Of a DNA stretch of 64,000 nucleotides, positions 14,276-27,147 are shown in pieces. The notes beneath the pieces are model-generated. The model was not told the DNA's origin and searched no databases. It saw only the letters and a list, made by a program, of their open reading frames with translations. Source of the stretch: the human T2T-CHM13v2.0 reference genome, Homo sapiens; assembly GCF_009914755.1 (NCBI RefSeq), contig NC_060925.1; one strand, 5' to 3'. Position numbers and translations under genes: made by a program. Every line of letters begins with the position of its first letter. Position 1 is the first letter of the stretch.

Positions 14276-17206
14276 ACAAGATCTTTCTTTTGTTAACGTC
14301 CTTATCTCTGATGGCATAACTTCCTTCCAGAGGTGAGAGGGGAAAAGGAGTGAGGGAAATAATAGGTCCTTCTTTGAACACATTATTTTCTTTATTTTAT
14401 AAATGAGAAACCAAGTCTCAGTATAGTGAAATTGGGGCCAAACTGATAAGCAGGGAAAATGTGTTTTGAATTCGGGTCTATTTGACTCAAAAGTCCATAG
14501 ATCATGGGCCGTGTACCTTCTCACGGCTTCTATTCCATTCTTCAACTTGTAGGTCTTTAAAAGATCTGCATGAATGACTCAATTCTGAGCTGGCCCTTTT
14601 ACTATCAGTCTCTCTGTGGGTCCCAGATGCTTATGTTGTTGCTGCATGAATGTCAGGGGTGGGAAAGGCAGTGCTGTATACGGAGGGAAGGAAGGAACCA
14701 TAAACAATACAAGGAGCCACAATTCTGTCTATAACAAGGGGAAAGTGGAAAAATCACCTCTAAACTGGTAATGTGATTGAATAAACTGTTTCTAGATAGA
14801 GTTAGATTAGGTTTCCCATGCAGAGGCCCTATATTCCACTATATGACACCCAGCACCATTCCAGAAAAACAAGTGGTCAGGTCACAACCTGGAGAAGACA
14901 GCTGACCTTGTCCCAGGTAAGGGGTTTGCATATGGAGCCTGGGCTGTGTCCTCCTCCCCTTCTTTACCCTTGAGAATACTGGGTGCCTGTTACTACAGTG
15001 GTAGTCTTTTTACACCCATATCCTCCCCTTCCCTGCAGTTCTTTCTTCCCTTCACCTACCTCTAAATCCATCTGTCCTGAAGTGGGAATTAATGAAAGAC
15101 TCCAGACTTCTGGGTAAAGATATCTTATTCCACTCTTCATTTACTCTACTACTCTCATTCAGTATGACTGTGAGCAAAAAGGTAACCTGTACCTCACCAT
15201 GTATAAAATAAGAGAATATAAGGAAATTTTGAGAGGACATTGAAACCCACAGATAAAACATCCTTAAGTCTAAGGCGAATTGCGCATCGCTGTTTCATTT
15301 TCATTGGGAATAAACCTTGTTTTTCAGTCTGGCTTGTGCCTTCTTTTTTCCTCCTGAATTGTTTTTAATAACTGAAATCGCTATGACATGGATGCAGCGT
15401 GAATTAGATATTTCCTGGTCAGCTATTGATACAGCTAATGGTGCAAAGTCACAATTTATCAATAATTAAACTTGACTCATATAGTTACAAGTTTTTAAAG
15501 GGAGATAAAAAGAAAACTCCAAAATGCAAAACACACAGAGGCTTGAGAATTGTCAGGAAACAGAGGAAGAGGAGAAACCTGAATTATAGAAAAAAAAAGC
15601 TCACTGAAGAACACAAATTAAAAATCTGTATCCAGTTCATGATGTGGACAACATGTGGGCTGCTGTTGTATTGCCAGTCTTTCACAAAAGATTCCATGTT
15701 AACTTATATTTACAGTCTAGGATGTATTATATTGATCTGGACAGTGGGTAAAAGAGATCATAGAAAAAAGTCAGGAGATTAAATTTCTCCACCTAATAAA
15801 ATATTAAACCAGAGAGAAAAAAGGAGGGGGAAAATATAATTAGTAATGAAGGGCTGCACAATTCGGGAGGATATTGGGGGAATACTTGAGAGAAAATACT
15901 AAAGGATGGATAATGACGGCAGAATAGGTTGCCCTAGACATCAAACAGCCCTTCTGGGTTTAAAGAGGTGAAAGACGAGTGAAAAGAATTTTTAGGATGC
16001 TGCTTGAGAGCCATGCAGCATAATTATCCTGTTGGGGGCTTTTAAAGAGTCTTAAGATCACCATTTTGTGAAAGTCCTTTTATTAATTGTTATTATTATT
16101 ATTAATACTGTATGAAAATTGGCCATGAGGTAGCCAACTTTACTTAGGCTATCTACACTTAAATAAATGATTTCATGTGTGGTAGATGGATCGTGTGGTA
16201 TTCAAAAGCACAATCTCACTGATTTCATTGCCATGTATCTATTTTTTTAAGAAAAATTATATGTGTATATGTATATGTATGTTTAAACTCCTTGTTAACA
16301 AAGTATTCTTTTTATTGATTTTATTCAGTTAGTTGCCTTACAAAACGTAATATCATAACTGTTAACATAAAAATTCAGCAAACTGTTGCTAACTATTAAT
16401 AGTATAGTTAGCTGAGCACATGTTATAAGGGAAGGAAAATACCAAAACCCAGATGAAGTTCTTCCATTACAGTCCAGCAGAACAAAGGAGATTCTGTTTC
16501 TCAGACACTTAAATTAGGCAAATAAAAGAGATAGAGTCTCTCTCCTCTGTCTGAAGTGGTCCACCAGTAGAAATATTCTGATTAATATAAACTAGACAGT
16601 TAAGGCATTAGACACTCAAGACATTCCACAGCTTATAATACAATAATGATTTACTTTCTTGGGCTTCAAAGTTTGAAAGTTTTTTTTTCTTTTAAATCAT
16701 TTAAGTATCAAATTGGTGGCTTTTCAGCAGCAGTAACTTCACTCAAAAATAAGCACTCTTCTTCAAAATCTATGTTTTGAATCCTCCAACTCAATTTTTA
16801 GACAAAGTAACTTTAAAGTAGGTGAAGACCACATGTCCTTTTTACAAACTGCTTTTCTTGACAAGAAGTAGTTCAAGGAGGTATTGTTCAGGCTACATTA
16901 CTGGATGGTGCTGGTAAATACAATTTTGGCCGTAGTTTGTTTCCAATTTAGTGACACTGCCTTTTTGGAATAAGATACTAAGGATTATAGCATTATTAGG
17001 ATTTACAAAAACCGCTATGATTTAGTAGCAATTGAACTTCCAAATTTTAACCTCTTGGCAACAAAACCCAATTTCCTCTTTCTTACATTAGCTCCTAATT
17101 GTCAAGACATTAAATAGCAAGCACAAAGATACTGCACTTCTAATTGCAGCATTTGGCAGAAATGAAGGGAAAGGAAGTTGTGCTACATGTTCAAAGGGAT
17201 TGTGAG

Positions 17207-17575
17207 TGTCTTAGTGAACCAGAGTTTCAGTAACAAAATATCATAGACTGGATGCCTGTAACAACAGGCATTTATTTCTCACAGTCTTGGAGGCTGGGAA
17301 CACTAAGATCAAGTTGCTGACAGGTTCAGTGTCTGGTGAGAGCTCCTTTTTCCTGGCTTGTAGATGGCCACTTTCTTTCTGTATCCTTACTTTGTGGGGA
17401 GAAGGAGAGAGCTCTAGTCTCTTTCTCTTCTTGTAAGGATACTAATCCCATCATGGGGGTTCCACCCTCATCTCACCTGTTAAGGCCCAAAGCCCCCATC
17501 TCCTAATATCATCACACTGTGGTTAGGATTTTAACGTATGAGTTTTGGAGGAAAACAAATATTCAATCCATAGGA
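17207..17575 (-). mobile_element. MLT1A-type (MaLR) solo LTR inserted in the pseudogene 3'UTR
   Basis: tgtcttagt...catttatttctcacagtcttggaggctgggaa...attcaatccatagga, 369 bp; 5-bp TSD gtgag (17202-17206) / ctgag (17576-17580). Confidence 0.9.
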
Positions 17576-18084
17576 CTGAGCAACCAAAAGACACCAGGAG
17601 AAGATTAAAATGTTACATGAGGTCTCGTCTTTAACGGTGGCCTTTAATCCTTTAATCCCCCTCCAGGAACCACACTTTTCTGTTTTTGCTTCTCTTGCTT
17701 CTTTTTGTCACTGCAGAGCATCAGTAATCTTTTTCAAGTCATCAACTTCTAAAAAAAGGCACACATCTCCATCTAAGGATACCCCAAACTTGCATAATAC
17801 AGTGACTTTTCATATTGTGTAATTTTATTTTTTAGTAACTTTTCAAAATCCAGGAAGCCATCTCTCCAAAGTGGGTTCAGAGCCTTGGCTCCATAAACTG
17901 TATTAACACCAAACGTCTTTTTGGCTGGTTTGAAGTCTGACTCTTCCTGGAATTTCTTTAGTTTAGTCCCGGTCGAGTTTGCTAATTGTTCTTTGGTGTT
18001 AGCACTTTATGTTCTCCTAACATCTTTTTAATTTAATGTTTTTTTTTTTCCAGTTGCTGTAATTTCTCTTTGGCTTTCTCGAGT

Positions 18085-18181
18085 CATATACATATACATG
18101 TATATAATATTATCTATTTATCTACCTGCCTATCATCTATCTATTATCTATCTATCGATCGATTATTTATCGATCTATCTT
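18085..18181. repeat. (TATC)n/(TA)n microsatellite inside the pseudogene CDS
   Basis: tatctatttatctacctgcctatcatctatctattatctatctatcgatcg interrupts the SEK...EK segment. Confidence 0.9.
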
Positions 18182-18284
18182 TTCTGAAACCTTTACTTCT
18201 AGTTTTACTTCTCTTTCTTTCTTTTCACATCATCACTGTCGCCCCAGTTATCCTTGATATCCTGGTCATTGCCTTCTCAGTTGT

Positions 18285-18540
18285 CCCCGCCAGTGGTATT
18301 GTGGTATTGCCGGCCCCCACCTCCCGCACAGCGGTGCTTCACGGAATTCCTGAGGCGTACTGGGAGCACTGGCACAGCCGCCGCCATTTCCCGGCAGGGG
18401 CACATGGGAGCGACAGCGAGGCGTCAGGGCCGGAAGTGTCCCTGTCTTTGCCCTCGTTGGCTACTGCGGGGCAGGCTGGGACCGAGGCTGTGTGCAGAGG
18501 CCTTTGGTGGCTGCGCACGTTGGGGAGGGGACGTAGAACT
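18285..18540. promoter_or_regulatory. Small CpG-rich island with YY1 and ETS/GABPA motifs (candidate promoter)
   Basis: About 19 CpGs in about 255 bp by eye; GCCGCCATTT 18380-18389, CCGGAAGTG 18430-18438, CGTCA 18422-18426. Confidence 0.55.
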
Positions 18541-18666
18541 CAGAGTGATTTTGAGGTTGGTGAAAAATGTTGGATGTGTAACCTTAGACTGTGGTCTAAA
18601 TGAACCACAGAAATCAAGCTAAAGGGAAAGTAGATAAAACCAGGAGAAAGAACTCTTCTGGATTTC

Positions 18667-19270
18667 TGTTGCGACTGATTACCATATAACGTCTCCTTTC
18701 CCCATAAGATTCCCAGCCCCTACTTAATCACTGCACACTGATCTCAGTACTGCTGTGAAGAGACTTTGCAGAGGTAATGAAAGCCCTAAATCAGTTGACC
18801 TTGAGACTCGGTGGGCCTGACCTAATGATGTGAGTCCTTTCAACGCAGAATTTTCTCTGGCTGGCAGCAGAAGGGGAATTAGAGAAATCTGTAGCATGAG
18901 AAGCCTTCCACATGCCATTACTGGCTTTGCCAGGGAGGTGGCCATGGGGCAAGGACCTGAGAACAGCCTCTAGGAGCCTGTCCATTCCTGGCCAATAGCT
19001 GACAAGAAAACGGGAACTTCAGTCCTACAACTGTGAGGAACTGAGCTCTGCAGACCACCTGAGTGAGCTTGAAAGGACGTTCTTCCCCAGAGTCTCTAGG
19101 TAAGAGCACAGCCCAGCTGACGCCTCGGTTTGCACCTTCTGAAACTGTGAGCAGAGAACCATGTTGAGCTCATAGGACTTCTTACCTACAGACTTGTGAG
19201 ATAATAAATGGTTGTGTTTTAAGCCACTAGGTTGTGGTCATTTGTTACTCAGCAATAAAAAGCTAATACA
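18667..19270 (+). mobile_element. MLT1E-type MaLR solo LTR
   Basis: gactttgcagaggtaat, cttcagtcctacaact, tgtgagataataaatggttgtgttttaagccacta, terminal cagcaataaaaagctaataca. Confidence 0.85.
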
Positions 19271-19585
19271 TTCCTCATCACTGATTCAAGTAACAAAAGA
19301 GGGAAAAATACAGGGACAGCTAGGGACAACAATACATAGCAAAGATATATAGAACCATGGGCTTTGCCTTATAGTTCACGTGTTCTCCACCTAGGAGACA
19401 AAATTATTGAACTAGAAAAAGCATTAAATGGGTAGCTTTGGGCATTCGCATAAAACTCCTAGTGTCTGTTTCTCCCATATGTAAAATGCAGATAATGATG
19501 TCATCCTCATAGAAGAGTTGAAGAAATAATTGAGGTAGTTGATGTGAAAGTGTTTTACAAATGTACAAAATTAATGCATGGGTGG

Positions 19586-19586
<1 letters not shown>

Positions 19587-19622
<36 letters not shown>

Positions 19623-19691
19623 GAGACGGAGTCTCACTCTGTCTCCCAGGCTGGAGTGCAGTGGCACAATCCCAGCTCACTGCAACCTCTG
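19587..19691 (-). mobile_element. 5'-truncated Alu (last ~70 nt plus 35-nt tail)
   Basis: T35 then ggagacggagtctcactctgtctcccaggctggagtgcagtggc...gcaacctct; flanked by gggtggc on both sides. Confidence 0.92.
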
Positions 19692-22600
19692 GGGTGGCAT
19701 TATTTTTAAGCAAACCTAAAAGAGGCAAATTCAAATTTGCAAACAGATATAAGAGGGGATGATTCTATTCTTTCACTGGAGGAGTTTTCTCCCATTCCCA
19801 GTACTATTTCCCAAGGTTTCTGTCTCTTTATTTGGACTTCTTCTGTGCTATGGAATAAAGTGATGGAAGGGGTATTACTATGAAGACTTTGCCAAACAAA
19901 GACAATGGTTAGAAAGGATGCCTTTTATATCTTTTTTTCTATATACTCATATTCTATCCATTGTTACAGCAAAGTTAAGTAACTTTTTTAAAGCTGTTAT
20001 TGTTACTTTTTTCACTCACTTGTATATTGTGTTCATTCATTCATGAAATATGTATTTAGTTCTTGGTATGTCAGGCATTTAGAAAAGCACCATTCTACTT
20101 GGAAGGCTCTGATTTGACGCTAAGAAACTCATTGTTAAGGGCTGTTTTAGAAGGTTTTTTTTTTTAACCTTAGGTTTTTGTGCAAACAGCAGAGTTCAAA
20201 GTCCTCACACCAAAAACACATGCCTGTTTCTTCAGAGAGAAGAGCCATTTGACAAATGCCACCTTTGATCATTTCCCTTATGTGTCCAAGAAACTCATCT
20301 GGGTTCAGATCTGGGAGTCTGTAGTTCTAGATCTACTCATCAATCAATACTGTATTGAAGAATTTCTTCCACAAATTCCTTCAGCAGAACTCTAGGTCTG
20401 TTAACGAAAGCTCAGTTACATTTAATTGAACTTAATTTTGTTGTGAAGTGGATGTGATGTGAGGGCAAATCCTGCTTTTCTTTCCTAACTTGCATTGTAT
20501 GTACTCTGTATTGTGTCAGCACCAGGATCAATGTGACTGCATTTTGTTGACTAGAAGTATACTGAGACTGATGAGGATCTTGGCCAGCCAAGCCTATCAG
20601 CACTTGTGCCCATGGTCAGTCAGGCTCAGGGGCACTCACAAAGCAGAGTAGTCGATTGAAAAGCAAGCATAAAAGATAAGGTTGGACTATGCTTGCGATA
20701 CACCTTATCGAGGCAATCAATGGGGCATGAACTTGGCAGAGTTCTAAGGGACATAAATCCCAAACGTTAAGGTAGGAAGGTGATCATAAGTCAGAATAGT
20801 CAGGAACAGAAGAGAGACTTGGGCAATAGAACATTTTGCGGTGACAGTACAGGCACCAGCAGGGCCTCTCATTGAAGAAGGAAGCCATTTCAGAGCCTAA
20901 AGATTCCTAAAGATTCCTGGGCCTCTGGACAAGAATAAGACTTTTGGTAATGGACACCAGGTCATAGGGAAGATAAGCGGAGATTCAGTTAACTCAAATC
21001 AATGGATATTTATTGAGCACTTCCCTGATTTCAGAGTGCATTTACGACTTTGTACAAAGAAATGACTGTTGTATGGCCCATATTCTTAAAGAAGTTACAA
21101 TCTAGAAGGAGAACCAGGCACCCTACAAGTATTAAGTCAGATATTAATAAGCATTGGAATAAAAGTGACATGCATTTCCAAGTACTATAAGATAAAGAAA
21201 TATTGCATTTTTTGGGAAAGCATGACTTCTGGTTGACAGGTAAAGATCTTTGACAACAACACTTGCTCTGGTAAAACCCATATAAAATGAAAGGCCCCGG
21301 CTTAAGAAGATACAGTATTCACTGAATGTGGAAATGGGTGCAATTCCTTTCACTAGCTGCTACCCCTTCTCTGCCACATACACAAAATCTCTCTTAAGTT
21401 ATCATATGGGCTTACAAAATCTTTCAGCCAACTTTCTGAGTGCCTAGTATGTGCTAGGCACATGATGGGGAAGAAGGACAGTGGAGAGAGGGCAAAGAAT
21501 AAATGCTGTAGTATCTGACTTCAAGGAGTTTACAAGCCAGACAAGGCAGACATCTGAGAGATGGTGACACAGGTCGAGGGGTCTACTAAGCTCCTAAGAC
21601 ACTATTTGTGCTGCCACCGACTGTGCAGGCCTGTAAAATGTGCTATTACCACCTTTATGGGTTTCCAGCTAAATGTCTTGTTTAGAAATGGGAAAAAGTA
21701 CAAGGAAAGGGCTGATAACAGCTTACTCTCCTGTGGAAGATCTTAGGGTTCTTGAAGCTAAGAGGGACTTAAAAATGTAAATTAGACCACAGAGTCATTC
21801 ATCCCAAGCTGTGAGCTATGCAACTCCAGGCAGAAATGTTGGAAAAGGTATCCTCTATTGAAAAAGAAGGCCCCAGCCAGTGCATCTCCAAAGCTAGGCT
21901 GAAAGAAGGAGCAAGCCAGATGGTTTTTTTGTTTAAAGAACCCACAAGGCAGTCTAGGTTTCCAGACAGTTAATAGGGGTGAGAAGTAGGGTTTGAGGGA
22001 TGGGGACTGGGGCAAGCAGAAAATAATTTTAATTCTGACCCCCATTAGAGATGTTCTGACCGGTGATTGGAGACTGTGACCAGAACCTTCTTGATAAGAT
22101 AGGGGGTATCAGTGGGACTTGGGGCTCTGAATATGTATGGCCCAGATTTCTTTGTGTGGCTGATATCTGACTGGATATTTATTCTTCTAGATTACACATT
22201 CTGACTCTGAGGAACAAAGAGCTGGCAAGAGCTGCTCTCTGGTGCTTAATAATTTGAAGGAATTTACATTTCAATGCAGCCCTGTGTTAAATTTCTCACA
22301 CAGTCTCTCTCCCTACTCCCTACTTGCCTTCCCCTCCCCCTAATTTCTTCCAATGGAAAGAACAGACCACTTTCCCAGTCTAGGAAAGGCAGTGGGCAAA
22401 AAGAAAGAAAGAGAAAATCATAGCAACATCATCGGGGGGAGGAGATTTATTGATATTCCACTTAGAATTTATTCCCTCAGAATCCTATTTATTTTATTTA
22501 TGTTTATAAGTCATGCATTACCAAGTACAATGAAATCTCCAGAAAACCCAGAAGGTTAGTTGGCGTTCTCTGTGATTTGAAAGATGAAACAGAGGGAGAA

Positions 22601-24205
22601 AATGAATAAGAAGTGAAGGTGTGGGAGGGGCTGGGGACAGGAATAGGTGGCTTAGGAGAAAACATTTCCTAAGGAATAGCACATGTCGCTTTGGCTTCCT
22701 CTGTGTGAGCAAGTGTGATCCAAATAATTTCCTCGGTCCTTCCCCACTGCCCCTCCCCCTCCTCCCAGGAGAGGGGATTCATTGTCAGGTAATTAACCAT
22801 CAGCATTATAGAAAGCACTCACTAGGCAGAAGTGTGAAAACACATTTACACCTCATATAAATGGGATAGGAGATTTTGCTGTTTGAGTGGCACCTGAGGA
22901 GCCACAAATTGACAAAGATAAAGTCATCCATGGTTATGATTATAAGATCTTAAGTGCTCACATTTTGTTTCTAAAATGGGCCACCCTTTCTCCCTTCATG
23001 CTGATATCACAGAGCATATAGTGACCAGTAGACTACAAGGAGCTTGGGATATAGCTTAGGAGACATGGCAGCCCAGCTAGGATCCTACACTAGTAATTCA
23101 AGGGGTTTATTCTGCCATTGCAAGTGCAGTCAATCAATACACTTGTAAGACATGGTTCATTTGTACCCTAACGCATTGTTTCTGCCTGCAGGATACTGAC
23201 ATACAAGTACATAATTATAATACAGGGTGATAGTACCTACAGAAAAGGCATGCCCAGGAGGTTATGGAAGCATGGAAGTGGCAGTCATGGAAGATTTCAT
23301 GGAGGAAGTGACATGAAATGAGGTTCAGAGAATGAAGAGGGGCTTGTTAGGTGAATTCAATGAAAAAATGGAAACACCAGCGGGATAGTTTGGGTTCGCA
23401 TCGTACATTGTTTGGTATGAAAGAGTGGACAGATGAGGCTAGTTTAGTCTGTAAGACAGGCTTGTGGATGTGCCACAAAATAACTTGGATTTTATTCAGT
23501 AAATGATAAAAAACCTTTATGGAAATAAAGGCAGTCTGTGGATGGGGTGATTAGTAAGGAAAAAAGGAAAAAGGAAAATGGATTTTTATATTCACCATGA
23601 TAAAAATATGGAAACCTTGACACAATACTTTTAAAACTAACCACAGGACAAGTAGGTCTAGACTTCTTCTCAACTGGAGAAGGAGGAGGGAATTAAGAGC
23701 TATAATTTTCATACTCATAAAGATATTCTGGCTAATTATAGTTAGTTCCAACCAGAAACTTCTCAGTAAAGGGGAAAGGACATCTGTGGAACTGGGGGCA
23801 GAGCCTTATTAGCCTCCACGGTAGTATTTAACATCAATTGCTATTAGAAAAGCAAACCTTTCAGTTGAACTGCCTCTTCTCTGGCTCTAAATTTAACTCA
23901 TCTCAATCTTCACTGTAGAAGAACGGGAAATTCCTACTTCACACAACTCTAAGGGGACATTATTAGGTCTGTCCCATCTCCTGTAAGTTATAACTATGAT
24001 TGCACCAAGCCTTGGGCATCTCATAAAAACATGAGGTTCTCTTAAGTATAGGAGGGACATATTTAGGATGAATGAAAAAGGATGTGGGCCCTTTAATAAA
24101 TGTTATTTGATGTCACAGAATTTAGACGTACTTTAGATGTAACAGTGATTCTTCTCTTCCTTAGGCGAATTTATTCTCTTCTTACTGTTTTACAATGTAT
24201 GTATG

Positions 24206-24688
24206 TGTTATTATTCAGGTATCATAAGGCTAACAGATCAGGTGATGAATACCATTGAAGAGATAATTTGTTATCGTTCTTAAGAGGGGGAGGAATGCCA
24301 TGCCACAAGGTGGAGGGAGCACAAGGAAATAAATGTGAGCAGAAATTTTATTGTAGTTTCCATGGGAAGAAATGAGTGAGGCTGCGTAAACAGGTTTAGG
24401 ATTGACTAGTTTGAATAATTTGCATGTAGGAACTACATTTAGTCATCTGGTATCTGGCCCTGTGGTGATCAGCGCAAGGGAATAGAGGCCCAAAATGTTA
24501 GAGCCCAATAGATAGAGGATGTGACTGGGGATATGGGCTCTGGATTGGTTGGTTCGCATAATGAAAGGTGTGCTTGCAGGTGAGTCCTTACTATATCTAG
24601 GAATTGGTTATCTCTGGGAGGGGCTGTTCTTCCAGCATCAGCAAGGACCCAGACAGATATCAAAGCAGCAGAAATGCATGATTAATAT
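24206..24688 (-). mobile_element. ERVL-class LTR (MER76/LTR47-like)
   Basis: atgggctctggattggttggttcgcataatgaaagg, ctaggaattggttatctctgggaggggc, tcagcaaggacccaga match the recalled MER76-type consensus in reverse. Confidence 0.7.
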
Positions 24689-24989
24689 CCCTAAAGACCT
24701 TACACTTTCTTAGATTCTTCTTTGAACTTTCTCTTTTCTCTTTGAAGATTGGCAAGAATCCCCCTGTAAGCATATGATAAGTGATGTCTATAATAGAAAT
24801 AATATGACTTCCTGGTTTCTATGAACTTTTTCTGCAACCTTATAGGAGACACCAGATTTGATTGATTTATGAATGGAATAGTGGTGTGGTAATCTTTTAT
24901 GCTACTTTCTGGATCAACCCAAGAATAGTTGCTACAGCCCACATTTTCTGTTACCAATGCATCAGGTTTATAATTCTGTTAAAGCACCT

Positions 24990-25260
24990 CTACAAGTCAA
25001 GATGTTTTAGGTGGTAATTAAGAGAAAATTCATCTTAAAATGGCTTAAATAAAGAAATTACATTATTTTACTTAACAAGATATATTAAAGTAGAGAATTC
25101 AGGGCCTCAATCGTATTTTCAAAGACCTGGCTCTGTCTTCCTGCTGTGCCATTTTGGTGTGTAGAATTGTCTTCAGGCTGACTCCCTTCAAAGATGCAAA
25201 ATAACTGCAGCTTTTTCAGGAATATGTCTAGACCAAGAAACAAAACAGAACAAAAGTCCA
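24990..25260 (-). mobile_element. Old MLT1 (J/K-like) LTR fragment
   Basis: aaaatggcttaaataaag, caaagacctggctctgtcttcctgctgtgccatt, aaagatgcaaaataactgcagc. Confidence 0.5.
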
Positions 25261-27147
25261 GAGTAAGAAGAGAAATGATTTCTAATTTAAAATTTTTTCT
25301 ATTGACTCCTTTTCAAAGAACTAAAGTTTGGTTTCTTAATTTTCTCTATTTTTTGATCTTCTTTTGTTTCTTTGATTTCAACTCTTTATTTTCTATGTTG
25401 TACTTAATTTTTTTCTTTTTTAGTTTTTAAAAATGAAGCTTTGATCATTGATTTTAAACCTTTCTTTTTTTCTAATGTAAGTGTAAGTATTTAAAGCTGC
25501 CAATTTCCTTGTAAGCACTATTTTAAGTGTATTCTATACATGTTGATATGTTTTGTTTTCAATATCATTCATTTGAAAATACTTTCTAATTTTGTTTCAG
25601 AATTTCCTTTTTGGTTCATGAGTTATTTTGAAATATATTGCTTAATTTCCCTATATTGAAGATTTTAAAGATATCTGTTATTAACATTTAGTTTATTTCA
25701 ATTTTTGCCAGAGAGCATATTTGGTTGATTTCAATCCTTTAAATGTCCTGAGACTCATTATGTACCATTTTGTGTATTTTGAATGTTCCATGTATGCTTG
25801 GAAAAAATTGTGCATTCACAAGTTGTTCTATGTAATATTCTATAAATGATAAATTTGATTAAGTTGTTTGATAATGCTGTTCAAATCTCAATAACCTTTC
25901 TTAGTTTTGATCTACATTTAAAAAAACAATTATTGAGAGAGGAGTGTTAAAGGGTCTAATTATATTTATGAATTTGGCTTTTTCCTTTCAATTCTGTTAG
26001 TTTTTGCATCATATATTTTGAAGATCTGTTATTAGGTACATAGATATTAAGGACCAATTGTTGTTCTGATGAATTGTTCTTATTATGAACTGTTTTTCTT
26101 TATTGTGAATAATACTTCTTGTATTAATGTCTATTTTTGTGTTATAGTTACTTCAGAATTCTTATGATTATGGTGTATCATAAGGCGTATCTTTTACTAT
26201 CCTTTCATTGTAACCTACCTGTATCTTTATAATCAAATTGGGTCTCTTGTAAACAGCATATAGTTAGGTCCGGGTTTGTTTCTTAAAATTTAATCAACCT
26301 CTGCCTCTAATTTATTACATCCAATGTAATTATTGATATGGTTGGCTTTAAGACTACCAGTCTGTTCTTTGTGTTCTATTTGCTGCATCTGTCATTTAGT
26401 TTTATCCCTTTTTTTAAAATGAATTAGTTTTTGGAAACATACAATTGTATTTCTCTCATTGGCTTTTTAGCCACACTTCTTTAGTTATTTTTATTTGTGG
26501 TTCTAGGGATAACAATGTACATTTATAACTTATTCCAGATAACCTTGAATTAACATTAAACCTCTTTACATACAATAATCTTAGCAAGTATAGTTACATT
26601 TAAACAATTTAACCCTTTGTGCTACTGTCATCATACATTTTCTACTTCTAAATGTTATAAACCCAATAATAGTATGAAATAACATATTGTTATTATATTT
26701 TCTTTAAAGTCAATTGAATTTTTAAAAATTAATCTGTAAAAACAGCCTTTTATGCTTACCCACATACTTACTATATCTGGCATTTCTTGTTTCTTCATGT
26801 AAATTCTAGTTTCATCTTGTATCATTTCTATTCAGCCTAAAGAACTTAAACATTTTTTGTTGTGTAAGTCTACTTATGAGAAATTCTCTCAACTTTTCTT
26901 TATCTGAAAATCTCTTCATTTTTTATTCATTTTTAAAGGGCATTTTAACTTATTGTAAAATTATAGGTCATCATTTTTGTTTTCGTTGTTGTCATGCTTT
27001 AACAAAGTCATTCCATTATATATTAGCTTGCACTGTTTTTGACAAAAAGTCAGCAATAATTCTTATAATTGGAACCCTGTACACAGTGTCTTTTTATTTT
27101 TGGTCACTTTAAGGAGTTTGCCTTTGCTTTTAAAACCCGTCGGTTTT

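Larger units (their letters stand above)
16300..18440 (-). pseudogene. EIF3J: Processed pseudogene of EIF3J (translation initiation factor 3 subunit J); CDS remnant 18387..17613
   Basis: Minus strand starts ATG GCG GCG GCT at 18387. Decayed frames give DQDIKDNWGDSDD, KVLTP, KLKKFQEESDFKPAKKTFGVNTVYG, KLLKNKITQYEKSLYYAS, LEVDDLKKIT, VVPGGGLK..ATVKD..M-stop (17613-17615), matching eIF3j as I recall it. Intronless, with frameshifts. The 3'UTR-like sequence resumes beyond the LTR (cacaatccctttgaacatgtagcacaacttcc), with AATAAA signals near 16312-16327. The 3' boundary is approximate and the symbol names the parent gene. Confidence 0.93.

Noticed and set aside
18070-18603. 177-aa plus-strand ORF, the longest in the track
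   Set aside because: It starts at TTG, runs antisense to the EIF3J pseudogene and passes through a TATC microsatellite; no recognisable protein.
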